Below are positions 10,462 through 21,641 of a stretch of DNA of 64,000 bases, one piece after another. The stretch is from a virus (taxonomy: Duplodnaviria; Caudoviricetes), in IMG/VR virus record IMGVR_UViG_2841255697_000002, positions 1 to 64,000 of that record. One strand, written 5' to 3'. Both the position numbers and the translations under genes were made by a program. The notes under the pieces are model-generated. The model was not told the origin of the DNA, did no database searches, and saw nothing but the letters and a program-made list of their open reading frames with translations. Each line of letters begins with the position of its first letter. Within the stretch, counting starts at the first letter, position 1.

Positions 10462-11229
10462 CTACACATACTTTCCATGAAACTGAATGGAGGCAGAAGT
10501 GACGTTACCAGTGAAGGAAATATCAAAATATCCAGGAGGGACAGAAGGGAAGGCCCCAACAAAATCATTGAATTTATTACGGCCAGCTGCATCCAGGCAG
10601 ATCATGGCCTTGCTGTCCACTTTAAAACTGTTAGCGACATTCTTTACAGTGAAGGTCTGGATTGCGCCGTCACTTTTACCCTTAAGTTTTACCGTAATAT
10701 TGCCAGATCCATTTACTGAAATAACGCAGTCCGACTGAATCATTCCTCGGTTATAATAGTTGTAATACTTATCGGCTATAACAGCGTTAATCGAGTAGAC
10801 CGTTTTTTCAATATCATAATAGAAGGGATCGTGTGCAATAAATTTAAGAACGGACAACCCCTCAATACCGCTATAGGTTTCAAATGCAAGCGCATCCGAG
10901 TCTAATCGGCAATTGATTCGAATGGAATCGCCTTTAAAATAAAACTCGGCTGACTTTTCAGTGTTAAGCCAGGTAGCAATACGACGGATACCGTGATAGT
11001 TGAGATCTTCGAAAAAAACAGGAACCTCCCAGGTTCGTGGAGAAAGATAGGTGGAAAATACAATTTCACCGTCATAATTGAACGGCTTGCTTGTCGTATA
11101 GTTACGGGCAGGGAGCAGGGGATAGTTCAGTTCGCCGCCGTCGTTATCCGCTACCACACCGCCTAAATCACTCAGATAATGTCCATTCCAGAAAAAATCC
11201 GTAAAATCGATATATTCAAGATCCTTCAA
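10462..11229 (-). CDS. distal tail protein (Dit)
   Basis: F.WNG..LSDLG, R...V.V, LKFIAHDPFYY and G.FP...PG motifs; position after tape measure. Confidence 0.75.
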   Translation of the reverse strand: MKDLEYIDFTDFFWNGHYLSDLGGVVADNDGGELNYPLLPARNYTTSKPFNYDGEIVFSTYLSPRTWEVPVFFEDLNYHGIRRIATWLNTEKSAEFYFKGDSIRINCRLDSDALAFETYSGIEGLSVLKFIAHDPFYYDIEKTVYSINAVIADKYYNYYNRGMIQSDCVISVNGSGNITVKLKGKSDGAIQTFTVKNVANSFKVDSKAMICLDAAGRNKFNDFVGAFPSVPPGYFDISFTGNVTSASIQFHGKYV

Positions 11230-11240
11230 TTAATCACCAC

Positions 11241-14200
11241 CTATCTTAAATTCATTCCAGACTTTTGCAAAGTCTTTTTAAACATTTTGTTTAAGTTTTG
11301 TTCGCCGTTTTCGATATCAAACGGCGTGTTGTTTACAACCTTGTCTACCTTAATCGACACAAGTTCTTTATCATAATTAACCGTCTTATTTCCACCACTT
11401 TGTGGGCTTTGAACGTTTAACAGACTGGTATTAATTTTTGGCAAAAAGTCAAAAACCATCTGGTCAAATGCTCTGGTCTGCTGATCGGTTAAGACACGTT
11501 CCTTCTTATCCAGGTATGCAACGCCTTCAGAACTTCCAGTATGTCCACCGGTTTTAAATGGAATGAGCAGCCGCTGTCCAGGGTAAATCAAATCAGGATC
11601 ACTTACCTGGTCACGATTAGCATTGTAAATTTTGTCCCATTTGGAGCCATCACCATAATAATGAACGGCTAAGTCCCACAGCGTATCCCCCCAGGGGTCA
11701 CCGCCGACAACCGTGTGATATCTTTGTCCACCACTGCCTACAGATGAACCAGAAGACCTGCCAGAACCACCGGAACCACCAGACATCGTATATTTTCCAC
11801 CGTTTGCCGTGATGGTATTGTCACGCAAGTCACGGTAATTATTTAAAGCCTTGATGACCTCCATTGCAATAACCTGTCCAGCGGTCTGTCCCATGAGCTG
11901 AGCGATACCGCTGTAATCTGGGTCATACGCCAATAAAAGGTCAATGATCTGCTGCGTCTGTTCACGCCGGATCATTTCATTGGCCTCTGCATACAAGGCT
12001 TGATTCGTCATTTGAGCATCAATATTTTTAAGAACAGGGTCATAAAGAGGGGAGTCAGAGCTGAGCAATTGTTTGAAGTAATTGTTAATTTCTTCAATTT
12101 TATCCTGCTCCTTATCGATCTGATCCTCCAGATCGTCGATTTGGATTTCCTGTTTAAGATCCTTGATCTTGCCCATCAGCTCTTTTTGTTTTGCTTTACC
12201 CAATGTGGAATCATCTTTCATCCACCCTGCGAGTTCATCCTGTAAGCGTCCAAGCTCAGCCTGTTTGTCTTCAGGCGTGTCACCTTTTATTTTATCGATC
12301 TCATCTCTGAGCTGGTCAATGCGGTCATTATGAACCTTTAACTGAGCTTCCTGTTCTTTTTCAAGCTGTTTCTTGCGCTCATCGTACATTTCCTGATATT
12401 TCTTTTTCAGGGCTTTGACGATACGATCCTGAAGCGATTCAACGTTTCGTTCGTATTCTTGTATAATACGTTCAATCGCCTGTGCTGTTTGTTCAGCAGC
12501 CCTCTCAGCGTCTTTAGCAGCTTTTTCAGCAGCTTCAGCAGCCTTTTCCTGTGCTGCTATGGCCTGTTTTAAATAATAATCGTTGCTGCCATTGACATCG
12601 CCAAGGTCTAAGTTTTTAAGCGCTTCAAGATTACCGATCATATTGTCAATATTTTGCTGCTGTATCTTTATTGCCTGAATAGTCTCTCTTGAGTGTTTTC
12701 GCTGTTCATCAGTCCAGTCTGAAAGTTCCTGACCACCGATTGTAACTCTTTCAGGAGTGATTTCAACTTCGCTATAAATATTTGAGTCAACAGCATCTGG
12801 ATCAGAATACTTTCCGGCATCTGAAACGGCCTGAGAAATGGATTGATTAAACCAATCTTTAATATTAAAATTACGATTTGTAAACATTTCCCATGCTTTA
12901 GATGCAAAACTTTTCACTAGAGTCAATGCTGCTTGTAAACTGGCAGCAAAACTTTTTATACTGTTCTGTTGAAGATTACCTGTTTTTTCGTTTGTCTGCT
13001 TGGCGGCTCCAACCACATTTGTTCCGGTATCGTTAGCAATATCACTTTTTGCTTCACCGCCAGATTCAGCGTCATCTGCTTGAATTTGTTCGGATTCTGC
13101 ATACTTTGTAACCTTTCCGTTTTCAACTGTGACAAAGTTTTCACCTTCAAGTTGCTTGTACTGTCCATAAATATCATAAAATTGCTCGGTATTACCAAGT
13201 CGTGCATTTTGACCTTCAGCATCAAGAGTGGTCAATAAGTCTTGTTTCTGTTGTTCAAGATCCAACTGATTTTGACATGCAATTTGTTGAGCTTGAAGTT
13301 CGGCAATTTGTTCGTCAATTTTAGCGTCAAACTCTTGTTCTTTCATATCTAAAACAGAATTTATGGCGGCCTGTTGTCCTTCTACAGACACTTCATTAAA
13401 AAGATTAGCCTGATATAAAAGTTCTGGATAAGTCATAGCCAGACTAAATAGTTCTGTTTTACTGAGTGCAGTACCATAGGCCAACTGTTGCTGAGCATCG
13501 GTTAACTGCTTTGTTGAAGAAACCAAATCGTTCAATACACTGGCGATTTCCTCGGCACCAACAACATCGACCATTATGGTTATGTTTTTGATTGCATCAA
13601 TTTCACGAAGTTTTTCGGAGATACCTGTTAACTCTTTATTAGCCTCTTCAAGTCGGGTTGTATCAACACCCTTACCACTTTCAATGTCTTTTTTTAAGGT
13701 GGCGATCTCTTTCATCAATTCTGTCTCACGTTCGATCAAGAGTACACGCTGTTCCTCGAGATCGTAAGCTGTTGAGTTAATCTCATTTTGGCGTATCTGC
13801 TCTAAGAAATGAAGTTGTTCTTCAGCTCCAGCGTTAAGCACATCATAAAAACCATCATATTTTTTACCCATTGTCATAAGGTCTTCTGTCGATAGAGTGC
13901 CTTCTTTAACCTTATTAATATAATTGTCAAGTTCAGACATAAAGGAAGTAAAAGTAGTGCCAATCTCATCAATGCCTTCAACGGTAATATTTTCTGTGGC
14001 AGACACATACTCGTCGACCTTCTCTGTCGCAACAGTCGTTTTTTCAATGATCTCATCAAGCGCAGCGATTTCTTCTTTTGCATTGCTGAGTTTTTCGCCA
14101 GAGAACATGCCATTATCAATCTGAGACTGAAGCTGGTTACGGTACGTTAATGCCTGTTGGTTACGTTCAAGCATTTGAAGTTCAACTTCATCCTGCATTC

Positions 14201-17200
14201 CAGTCTGTTTTTCAAGAAGTCCATTTATAGCACCTAACAGAGTATGTTTAACACCGACAAGTCCATTAGAAGTATTTTCATCATTTAAAATATCTGATTG
14301 AACTTTCTTCGTATATTGTAAAAGACCGGTAATCGATCTATATTTCCCTTGCAGAGTATCAACACTATCAATTGCATTTTTTATATCAGGAAACTTTAAT
14401 ACTGTTCCAATTTCATTGCCAGTTGCCATGTTAATATAAGAATTCAAGTAGTCTTTAAAGCCGAGCTTTGTGTTTTGTGCCTCAATAAAAGATTCAATAT
14501 TGTCACTACTACCAGAATTCATAGCTTCTTTCCATTGATCAATATAATCACTGAAAGCACCACGGCTGAAGGTTGTTAAATCAGCCATTCTCTTTTGTTC
14601 AATTTCTTGGATTTGTTTTTGAATATCCATTTCTTTATTCAATAAATCCAAACGATTGAGTTCTTCACTGGAGAGTCCAGTTGTCTTTTGTTTCTCAGTT
14701 AATTCATTAATTTCACTGTCTAATTCATTGTACCGTTCATTGGCTTCATCAAGTTTTTTCTGCTGACGGTCAATTTCTTCACTGTTATATTTAACAACTA
14801 GAGTAAAGGCTGCAAAGGCAGCGGTAGCTAAACCAAGAGGGGAGAGCAAAGCTCCAAGGGCAAATTTACCAGCATTCATAGCTTTGTTTGCAAGTTCTTG
14901 TGCCCCCGCTTTAATGGTAATAGCTGCGGCCTGTGCTTTTTCAGAAGCAGCTGCGGCTATATTGGCAATCGTACTTTTACTTTCCTGGACAATCTCATTT
15001 TTGGTTGCAATAATATTGGATTTCTTGGCTGCCGTTTCTTCATTTATAGCTACGGTTGTGCTTTTGGTAGCAATGGTTTCTGCTGTAGATGTAGCAGCGC
15101 TTTCTTGATCTACCTTCGTACCAGCTTTTTTAGTAACTGTTTTTGAAGCTTCTGCTTTGGCTTCCTCTTTGCTAGCAGCAGATGAATATTTGTCCAGAAC
15201 TGTTTTTTTCTTAGTTTCTTCACCAGCTTTTTTTGTTGCGGCAGCTTGCATGGTTAAGGCAGTTATGCAATTCCTGTCCTCTTCAGCGATCCCTTCAAGT
15301 CCTGCCATCATATTTTTACAAGCATTCGTATATTGAATGGCATTAATCTCGCCGGATTCAAGTGCCTGATTTAAAATTTGAAACTCATTAGCAGCAGCGC
15401 CAATCATATTGTTACTTGTTGTCAAAGCGATTTCATTTGAAAGAGCTATTTCTTGTTGCATAGCCAGCAGATTTTTTAGACGTTCACTCGTAACATCTCG
15501 AATTGCTTCAGCTTCAGCACGCTTACTAGCTGTTCCAATAGTAGAGATTTCATTGAGTTTTTCAGTAACACCCATATATTCATTGAGTTTTTTTACAACT
15601 GCAATCCCAATTGACAATTCTGCGAATACGACAACGGATTTTTGAACAGCTGGAGGAAGCTCATTGAACTTTTCTAATAATCCTTCAGCTCCATTCATGA
15701 TAGAGGTCATACCTTGTAAAACACCTGAGTTTGCAATAACTGTACCAAATTCAGCAATTGTAGCATATAAGGAGTTCCACTGATTTTTAAATGTCGTCAT
15801 CAATGCAGCATTTTGTTGTTCCAGATAGCTTCCAGAGCCAGAACCCGCTTCTTCGATCATTCCATAATATTTGTCTGCCTCTTCTGTCCAGTTCTGAAGA
15901 AGTGTCAGTGCAACATCCCCTTGGCGAGTGGCACCAAGAGCCTCCTGAATCTGTTTTGCAAGAACATCATTACCTTCACGCATTGCCATATTATAAGCGC
16001 GACTAACCGTGTCCATTAATCCGGCGAAATCCTTAAACTTACCATTTGCCTCAGATAAAGAATAAGTTGCATCACCAGTGCTTTCTGCAATATCGTCAAA
16101 AAGAGTTCGTGTTTTAGTTCTTGTCAAATAAGACAAAATGGTTTTAATGGAATTCCCGGCCTCGTCACCACTTTTGGCGAGACGGTCACCCACGATAGAG
16201 GTCATAACGATAGCATCATTCATATTGCCGCTTACTGAAGTCATGAACCCACCGATTTTAGCAGCAGATTCACCAAACTCATCTGCTGTACCAAGAGCTG
16301 TCTTATCAGCCATGTAGGCCCATTTATTAAGTGTCTCTATCCCTTCATCAACGTCCATATTAAACTGAAGCATTGAAGAGTTGACGAGTTTAACAGCCTT
16401 CTCAGCATCTTCGACTTCACCAACATTCATGAACTTTGCAGTTGCAGAAGATATTTTGTTCAGCAGTTCAGTGCTGTCGGCATATTTATCATTAATACGA
16501 ACCCACGCAGCCTGAATTTCCTGGGCATCTGTAACTAAAATACCGGATTCTTTAGCAATCTGGATTGCAGAATCTGTAATTGCATTGGCAGTTTCTTCAG
16601 AGAAGTCCTGCATGATACGTTGAGTATTAACAGTATTGTAATTAATACTAATTATTTGAGAACCTAAATTTTCAAAAGCATCCGCTAAAGCTCTGACACC
16701 AAGAAGTTCCACACCGCCAGTTAGAATTGAAGATTTGAGACTTTGTCTGAAATTACTGCCCGTGTTTGAAGAAATAGAACTGTAACGTGTATCAAGCTGC
16801 TGCATAGAAGCTTTATAATCTTTTACTTGTTGAGCTAACTCTGCCTTTTTTGCGGCGGTTTCTTTTTGAGCATCACGTACACGACTTTCAATTTCCTGCT
16901 TATTGTAAAGAGTCATAAGCTCATATGCTTCTTTTGAATATTTTGAAGTTTTGTCGGAAGAACGTTTTACTTCATTTTCAATCTGTGAAAATGCAGATTT
17001 TAATTTAGCCAATTCCGATGTTGTAGCTTTAGCATCGATTGGTGTTAATTTCCCACTGTCCAGTTTATTTTCAAGCTTATCTATTTCTTGCTTCAACTGA
17101 GCCATTGCCGATTTTGCAGACTCAGTACCAGCTTTCCATGCATCCTTAACCTCTTTAGCAAAATTACCCTGCGCTTTAGAAGCCTTTTCTGTCGTTTCCG

Positions 17201-17393
17201 ATGTTTTAGCTGTACTGGAGGATAGGGAAGAAGTGACCTTCTCAACATCAGAAAGTGACCTGGTGAGCTTTTCACTCTCAGCAACAGCTTTTTGAATATT
17301 TTTAGTAAGGTTTGGTAAACCGTTTTCGTCATCATAGATATTAAAACCTACTTCAAAACCCATTTTACGCATATCTTGTGTGTTGTCAGCCAT
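11241..17393 (-). CDS. tail tape measure protein with C-terminal LysM domain
   Basis: 2050 aa, Ala-rich helical; TP901-type core (SGDEAGNSIKTILS); YHTVV..GDTLWDLA..YYGDGSKW..IY.AN...DPDLIYPGQ.L.IP near C-terminus. Confidence 0.9.
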   Translation of the reverse strand: MADNTQDMRKMGFEVGFNIYDDENGLPNLTKNIQKAVAESEKLTRSLSDVEKVTSSLSSSTAKTSETTEKASKAQGNFAKEVKDAWKAGTESAKSAMAQLKQEIDKLENKLDSGKLTPIDAKATTSELAKLKSAFSQIENEVKRSSDKTSKYSKEAYELMTLYNKQEIESRVRDAQKETAAKKAELAQQVKDYKASMQQLDTRYSSISSNTGSNFRQSLKSSILTGGVELLGVRALADAFENLGSQIISINYNTVNTQRIMQDFSEETANAITDSAIQIAKESGILVTDAQEIQAAWVRINDKYADSTELLNKISSATAKFMNVGEVEDAEKAVKLVNSSMLQFNMDVDEGIETLNKWAYMADKTALGTADEFGESAAKIGGFMTSVSGNMNDAIVMTSIVGDRLAKSGDEAGNSIKTILSYLTRTKTRTLFDDIAESTGDATYSLSEANGKFKDFAGLMDTVSRAYNMAMREGNDVLAKQIQEALGATRQGDVALTLLQNWTEEADKYYGMIEEAGSGSGSYLEQQNAALMTTFKNQWNSLYATIAEFGTVIANSGVLQGMTSIMNGAEGLLEKFNELPPAVQKSVVVFAELSIGIAVVKKLNEYMGVTEKLNEISTIGTASKRAEAEAIRDVTSERLKNLLAMQQEIALSNEIALTTSNNMIGAAANEFQILNQALESGEINAIQYTNACKNMMAGLEGIAEEDRNCITALTMQAAATKKAGEETKKKTVLDKYSSAASKEEAKAEASKTVTKKAGTKVDQESAATSTAETIATKSTTVAINEETAAKKSNIIATKNEIVQESKSTIANIAAAASEKAQAAAITIKAGAQELANKAMNAGKFALGALLSPLGLATAAFAAFTLVVKYNSEEIDRQQKKLDEANERYNELDSEINELTEKQKTTGLSSEELNRLDLLNKEMDIQKQIQEIEQKRMADLTTFSRGAFSDYIDQWKEAMNSGSSDNIESFIEAQNTKLGFKDYLNSYINMATGNEIGTVLKFPDIKNAIDSVDTLQGKYRSITGLLQYTKKVQSDILNDENTSNGLVGVKHTLLGAINGLLEKQTGMQDEVELQMLERNQQALTYRNQLQSQIDNGMFSGEKLSNAKEEIAALDEIIEKTTVATEKVDEYVSATENITVEGIDEIGTTFTSFMSELDNYINKVKEGTLSTEDLMTMGKKYDGFYDVLNAGAEEQLHFLEQIRQNEINSTAYDLEEQRVLLIERETELMKEIATLKKDIESGKGVDTTRLEEANKELTGISEKLREIDAIKNITIMVDVVGAEEIASVLNDLVSSTKQLTDAQQQLAYGTALSKTELFSLAMTYPELLYQANLFNEVSVEGQQAAINSVLDMKEQEFDAKIDEQIAELQAQQIACQNQLDLEQQKQDLLTTLDAEGQNARLGNTEQFYDIYGQYKQLEGENFVTVENGKVTKYAESEQIQADDAESGGEAKSDIANDTGTNVVGAAKQTNEKTGNLQQNSIKSFAASLQAALTLVKSFASKAWEMFTNRNFNIKDWFNQSISQAVSDAGKYSDPDAVDSNIYSEVEITPERVTIGGQELSDWTDEQRKHSRETIQAIKIQQQNIDNMIGNLEALKNLDLGDVNGSNDYYLKQAIAAQEKAAEAAEKAAKDAERAAEQTAQAIERIIQEYERNVESLQDRIVKALKKKYQEMYDERKKQLEKEQEAQLKVHNDRIDQLRDEIDKIKGDTPEDKQAELGRLQDELAGWMKDDSTLGKAKQKELMGKIKDLKQEIQIDDLEDQIDKEQDKIEEINNYFKQLLSSDSPLYDPVLKNIDAQMTNQALYAEANEMIRREQTQQIIDLLLAYDPDYSGIAQLMGQTAGQVIAMEVIKALNNYRDLRDNTITANGGKYTMSGGSGGSGRSSGSSVGSGGQRYHTVVGGDPWGDTLWDLAVHYYGDGSKWDKIYNANRDQVSDPDLIYPGQRLLIPFKTGGHTGSSEGVAYLDKKERVLTDQQTRAFDQMVFDFLPKINTSLLNVQSPQSGGNKTVNYDKELVSIKVDKVVNNTPFDIENGEQNLNKMFKKTLQKSGMNLR

Positions 17394-17406
17394 TCAGTCA
17401 CTCCTT

Positions 17407-18024
17407 TCAGTTATCAGCTCTTAGACCCATCAGGTCTTTCATGGTTACCATTTTTTTCTTTTCCTGTTTCGGTGCCAGCGGATGTTCGTCATTATCGATT
17501 AGGTCATTTGGTTCAGAAACAGAGCCTAAAATGCCTGTTTTATATTCCCAATTAATCTTTTTACCAATGGCCTCAACCAGCCCGCTTAATTGAACCAATG
17601 TCATATCACGTATATCTTTAAATGTATTGGACGTGTAGGTCTGAAGTGCATAGATCGATTCATCAAAACCAAGAGCCGTTTGTTCAGATTGAAGATCACG
17701 TTCTCCGTTTTTATCCGAAACGCCATTAATCAGCTTAATATCTTGTATTAATTCAGGAAAACGCTCTTCTGTGATGTTTTTGAGAACATCCTCCGGTTCG
17801 TTTTTTTGAAACGATTCGCTTAATAAACGCAGTAAAAACTCAAGCCGTTCTTCGTCCTTTATGTTTTCCAGCAGACTGTCAGGATCAATAAGTCCTAAAT
17901 AAGTAATAATCCGACTAAGGTTTTGTATGGTGAAGGGGAAACAGTACCGTGGAACCCGATCTCCAAAACTATCGACCAACACCGGAAGGCCAAGAGCCAT
18001 TTCCATAGTTTGTCCTGTTATCAT
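17407..18024 (-). CDS. putative tail assembly chaperone
   Basis: Between major tail and tape measure genes; DI.DMTL.Q motif in C-terminal half. Confidence 0.55.
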   Translation of the reverse strand: MITGQTMEMALGLPVLVDSFGDRVPRYCFPFTIQNLSRIITYLGLIDPDSLLENIKDEERLEFLLRLLSESFQKNEPEDVLKNITEERFPELIQDIKLINGVSDKNGERDLQSEQTALGFDESIYALQTYTSNTFKDIRDMTLVQLSGLVEAIGKKINWEYKTGILGSVSEPNDLIDNDEHPLAPKQEKKKMVTMKDLMGLRADN

Positions 18025-18095
18025 GTAGTCCCTCCATTTTTCAATTTAAAAAAGCCAATAACAACCACCCGGATTGTCATTGGTTAATTCACATT

Positions 18096-18126
18096 AAAAA
18101 AATAGGGAAGGGGGATACCCTTCACC
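18096..18126 (-). terminator. probable intrinsic terminator after major tail gene
   Basis: Minus strand GAAGGG-tatc-CCCTTC hairpin followed by cta and T7. Confidence 0.55.
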
Positions 18127-18876
18127 TTACACTTCAACGTCGTCAATAAATAAAGACCATAATTTCAGGTCAGTACGCATGGGATCTTTCGCTTCAGCTT
18201 CAAATTTCGGGGAAACTGGAGACTGATGCTTTGGATCAATACTAAAGCCAGAGGAACACTGAGCCTTATATATGCGAATTTCACCTTTATGCTTCACCTG
18301 TGTATCTTCGTCAAAAATGTCAAAGATATAGCTGGCAACGAAAGGTTTAGACATAGATTTCTGACCAACACTGTATTCTGTAGTTTTTTCAGAACCAGTG
18401 TACTCATAGACAATAATTACCGCCTGACCAACATCTTCACTTGCAAAGGAAATTTCCTTTGTCGCGGTTCCAACCTTAAACTGCCCTTTGGTCGGGGCCT
18501 CTTCACCAGTTGCGGCAGTAAACCCATTGACAACGACAGACCCATCAAGCGGTGTCTGTTCCAGAGTAATCTTTGCTTCATCAGGAATTGTAACTTCTAG
18601 AAAGCCTGTAAGTTTCGCAGCGCCCTTTTCTTCAGCAGCGCCATCAAGGTACTGGAGCATACCAGGGTCAAAGCAAGCGTTCGTACCAGAAAGTTTAAGA
18701 GCCTGATCCTTCTTAAAAGAAGCGATTGGGAACATCTTATTACCGCCAGTAATGTCTTCCTTGGAGTAGCTGGATTCAACCGTTAAATCCTGAAGATCCG
18801 CAAAACCAATGATTTTATTGCGGTCACGGTAGTCTCGCAGTACCAGCTTACCGATCCCATATAATATTTGTTTCAA
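18127..18876 (-). CDS. major tail protein
   Basis: Position before chaperone and TMP; DITGGNKMFPIASF...L..TNA.FD; beta-rich; followed by terminator. Confidence 0.7.
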   Translation of the reverse strand: MKQILYGIGKLVLRDYRDRNKIIGFADLQDLTVESSYSKEDITGGNKMFPIASFKKDQALKLSGTNACFDPGMLQYLDGAAEEKGAAKLTGFLEVTIPDEAKITLEQTPLDGSVVVNGFTAATGEEAPTKGQFKVGTATKEISFASEDVGQAVIIVYEYTGSEKTTEYSVGQKSMSKPFVASYIFDIFDEDTQVKHKGEIRIYKAQCSSGFSIDPKHQSPVSPKFEAEAKDPMRTDLKLWSLFIDDVEV

Positions 18877-18887
18877 AGCAATACCTC

Positions 18888-19370
18888 CTAAATAATTAAG
18901 TATTTGTATTCAAAAATAACCGAATGCTTTTCCCATCCGGTTGTATTCGCCATTCGATCTGTCAGCCTCCGTTTGTAATTTAGTCCGTCAAGACCAATTG
19001 GTATAATCGGTAGACCACATCTCTTGCGATTATTGGTATCAAGCATCTCAATGATGCGTTTTTGTATCTGTAAATGCCTTCGGTCTTTGGTGTTCTTGTC
19101 CTGAGAGATATGAATATCAATGGAAAGATAACCGACCTCCTGAAGCTGATTCGTGTAGCCGCCTTCCGTTTCGTGAATACAGAGGCGAATATCATAGTTG
19201 TTCAGAAGGTCATCGGGGATTTCAGCGTCAATGACCTGTTTTCTCAATGCGACCAGAAAGTCATTTTCTGTGTCATAATTCGACCGATCAATACCGATCA
19301 AGGAAAGCAGTTCAGTATCCGATTGAATGACCCGGAAGACCTGGACAAAAACATTTTTAATGTCAAACAT
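18888..19370 (-). CDS. putative tail terminator/completion protein
   Basis: Synteny, size and L.IDIH motif. Confidence 0.5.
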   Translation of the reverse strand: MFDIKNVFVQVFRVIQSDTELLSLIGIDRSNYDTENDFLVALRKQVIDAEIPDDLLNNYDIRLCIHETEGGYTNQLQEVGYLSIDIHISQDKNTKDRRHLQIQKRIIEMLDTNNRKRCGLPIIPIGLDGLNYKRRLTDRMANTTGWEKHSVIFEYKYLII

Positions 19371-19380
19371 TCAGTACCTC

Positions 19381-19956
19381 CTAGACGGTAACTTTCTGTC
19401 TGGTAATGAATTTTCCTGTATTGATCATTTCCTGAATGACGGGATGGTAATTCGTATTGAAGTTATAAATTGTTGCACGATGAATTTCCTCCATACATTC
19501 AGAGATAACCGGGTCAGGACTTTCGCCTTTCAGCCATGGAATTCTTTTTCCAGCATGTGTTCCACTGGAGTATTTTACCGTAGTGCCAAACCCAGATTCC
19601 CAATCCGGTGTTTCGTATTCACCTTCCGGGCGACCGACAATCTCACTGCCATTACGTTCAGGGTTCCAGAATGGTCCATGTTTATACGATGAAAAGAAAG
19701 GGTTTGATGAAACATTCATTTTTTCACCGGAACCAAACTCCTGAATGAAGGCTTTAACATTAGCCGTTTCAATGACATATTCCACACCGTCGAAATCAGC
19801 AGCGTATTTTTTGATCGTGAGGCCATCCCCATACGACCAATATTTAACGCCATCCATGACACTTTTGATGGCGCTTTCCATTGCCAGTACCAGATAGCTT
19901 TTTACAGTGCTTTTAAAAAGCTCATTATCAAAGGTGAGTGCGTAATAGTAAGCCAT
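19381..19956 (-). CDS. neck/tail completion protein (HK97 gp10-like)
   Basis: AFIQEFGSG motif resembles gp10-family EFGT; synteny. Confidence 0.5.
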   Translation of the reverse strand: MAYYYALTFDNELFKSTVKSYLVLAMESAIKSVMDGVKYWSYGDGLTIKKYAADFDGVEYVIETANVKAFIQEFGSGEKMNVSSNPFFSSYKHGPFWNPERNGSEIVGRPEGEYETPDWESGFGTTVKYSSGTHAGKRIPWLKGESPDPVISECMEEIHRATIYNFNTNYHPVIQEMINTGKFITRQKVTV

Positions 19957-19960
19957 TTGA

Positions 19961-20590
19961 TCACTCCCTGTAATAAGTCATATATGCGGAAAAAATTTCC
20001 TTATCCAGTTCTTCGATGTCCGTGATTTTATAACGGTCACTTCCAATAAACAGAAGATCGTCTTTTTTAATGTCCCAATTATTGGTTGTGATAATCTGAT
20101 TGACCGAGTTGCGATCAATACCAGCATCAATCTGTCTTTCGCGCATTCCAACACGCTGTACAAAACAGTCAATATTATCAATGACAATGGGATTATTCCC
20201 TACAAGGTCACCATCTTGATTATAAGTAAGCTGGCTTCGATGACGCTTAGCTGTCGTATTAAACAGCAGGGTATAGAAGTAGAAGTCGACAGGTGTTTTG
20301 TTGGGTACAGAGATCACAATTCCCTTGCGGGTATATTCAGTGTCCAAATCGTCCGCTTGCATTTCAACTAAGCTTCCACGGTGAACCGGAACATCCAGCA
20401 TACAGGTGACCATTTTTGTGTGTTCTTCCTTAATATTTGTGGTACGTTCGTTATCTTTACATTGTCCCTTAGTTTTAATACCATCAATACGGACATCCAC
20501 CGAAACATAATGCGATTCCATATACCCGTCATACATGCCACGGGCTTGTTTTACAACCTTGTCAATAACATTAATTGTTGAACTTGCCAT
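19961..20590 (-). CDS. head closure/stopper-like protein
   Basis: Start moved to ATG 20590 behind GGAGGTGG; C-terminal DIKKDD.......YKITDI beta pattern. Confidence 0.5.
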   Translation of the reverse strand: MASSTINVIDKVVKQARGMYDGYMESHYVSVDVRIDGIKTKGQCKDNERTTNIKEEHTKMVTCMLDVPVHRGSLVEMQADDLDTEYTRKGIVISVPNKTPVDFYFYTLLFNTTAKRHRSQLTYNQDGDLVGNNPIVIDNIDCFVQRVGMRERQIDAGIDRNSVNQIITTNNWDIKKDDLLFIGSDRYKITDIEELDKEIFSAYMTYYRE

Positions 20591-20738
20591 CTTCCACCTC
20601 CAGGCGTTTGATGTCATTTGCAAGATCAAGGATACGTTTTCGAATAACTCCGAACTGAATCCCGTTGACCCCGCTCACTTCAATGATATCTAGTAGAGAA
20701 ATCGTATCCTGATAAATCTGGTCTTTATCCTTATGCAC
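20571..20738 (-). CDS. small hypothetical virion-module protein
   Basis: GTG start at 20738 behind GGAGGTGG; overlaps both neighbours; IRKRILDLANDIKRL. Confidence 0.5.
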   Translation of the reverse strand: MHKDKDQIYQDTISLLDIIEVSGVNGIQFGVIRKRILDLANDIKRLEVEDGKFNN

Positions 20739-21204
20739 TGCCGCCACCTCCAAAAACCGACACAACGCCGATTACACTTGAACCGCCTTTAACACGATCA
20801 ATTTCAGTCTGCAAATATCGGTTAATCTGATAGATCGAGTCATTGATGGCTTCGGGCCTTTTTTCAAGACCTTTGATCTCGAACGTCAGTGTTTTAAAGT
20901 TAATGGCATCACGGTTAAGTTCGTCTTTCAGGCGCATTAAATAGCAGCGGTAGGTGAAATAAGAGGCAAGAGATTTTTCCTTCATGGAGAGATCAATGGA
21001 TATCCCTCGCACAACCATTTCTTTACCACTTTCTTCATCAATGCTTTTTTCTTCAGTGAAGACAAACGGCGTGTCAAGCGCGACACCCATCTCCATCAGT
21101 CCGTGTGCTGCAAGGTCTGTATCCTCCATCAGTTCAGAACGATAATCCTTCGGAATAAGTGCAATGGTGATATCCAGTATTTCCTTCAGCGTGGTTCCCA
21201 TCAC
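20731..21204 (-). CDS. putative head-tail adaptor
   Basis: Synteny after capsid genes; helical, 157 aa. Confidence 0.45.
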   Translation of the reverse strand: MMGTTLKEILDITIALIPKDYRSELMEDTDLAAHGLMEMGVALDTPFVFTEEKSIDEESGKEMVVRGISIDLSMKEKSLASYFTYRCYLMRLKDELNRDAINFKTLTFEIKGLEKRPEAINDSIYQINRYLQTEIDRVKGGSSVIGVVSVFGGGGSA

Positions 21205-21209
21205 ACCAC

Positions 21210-21641
21210 CTAAAGCAAGAGAGAGCCGTCAGAAACCGCCTTGATACGTTCGTCAATCGCCTTCATAAACGGCTCTTTTTTACCTTCATCATCAGCCTTC
21301 TGACGGATGTCCCTGAGCAGATTCAAAGAGTCGATGTCAGCTAATTTTTTCTTAAGGGTTGGTAGAGAGTAATCCAGTAGTTTGTCAATATCTTCATCCG
21401 ACATAACATTTTCACTTTCGATCACCTCAACATCCGCTTTGGGGTCAACTTCCATCACTTGAATAAAACCCTTTTTAAAAGAACCAGGACAGGCTGTGGA
21501 GAGATACATGTATTCCTCCTGAGTCAGTCCAACCTCCATGTTGGGTTTCAGGTCATAATATTTGCCAGGGGTTACAAAGTCGAGGGAAATATGGAAATTG
21601 CCGCGCGACACATTTTTTACTTTAATAAGTTTTTCAGACAT
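21210..21641 (-). CDS. conserved head-module hypothetical protein
   Basis: AAGGAG RBS; follows major capsid gene. Confidence 0.55.
   Translation of the reverse strand: MSEKLIKVKNVSRGNFHISLDFVTPGKYYDLKPNMEVGLTQEEYMYLSTACPGSFKKGFIQVMEVDPKADVEVIESENVMSDEDIDKLLDYSLPTLKKKLADIDSLNLLRDIRQKADDEGKKEPFMKAIDERIKAVSDGSLLL

Noticed and set aside
17407-18024. Programmed frameshift in the tail chaperone
   Set aside because: A single ORF fills the space up to the tape measure gene; no second-frame extension is needed
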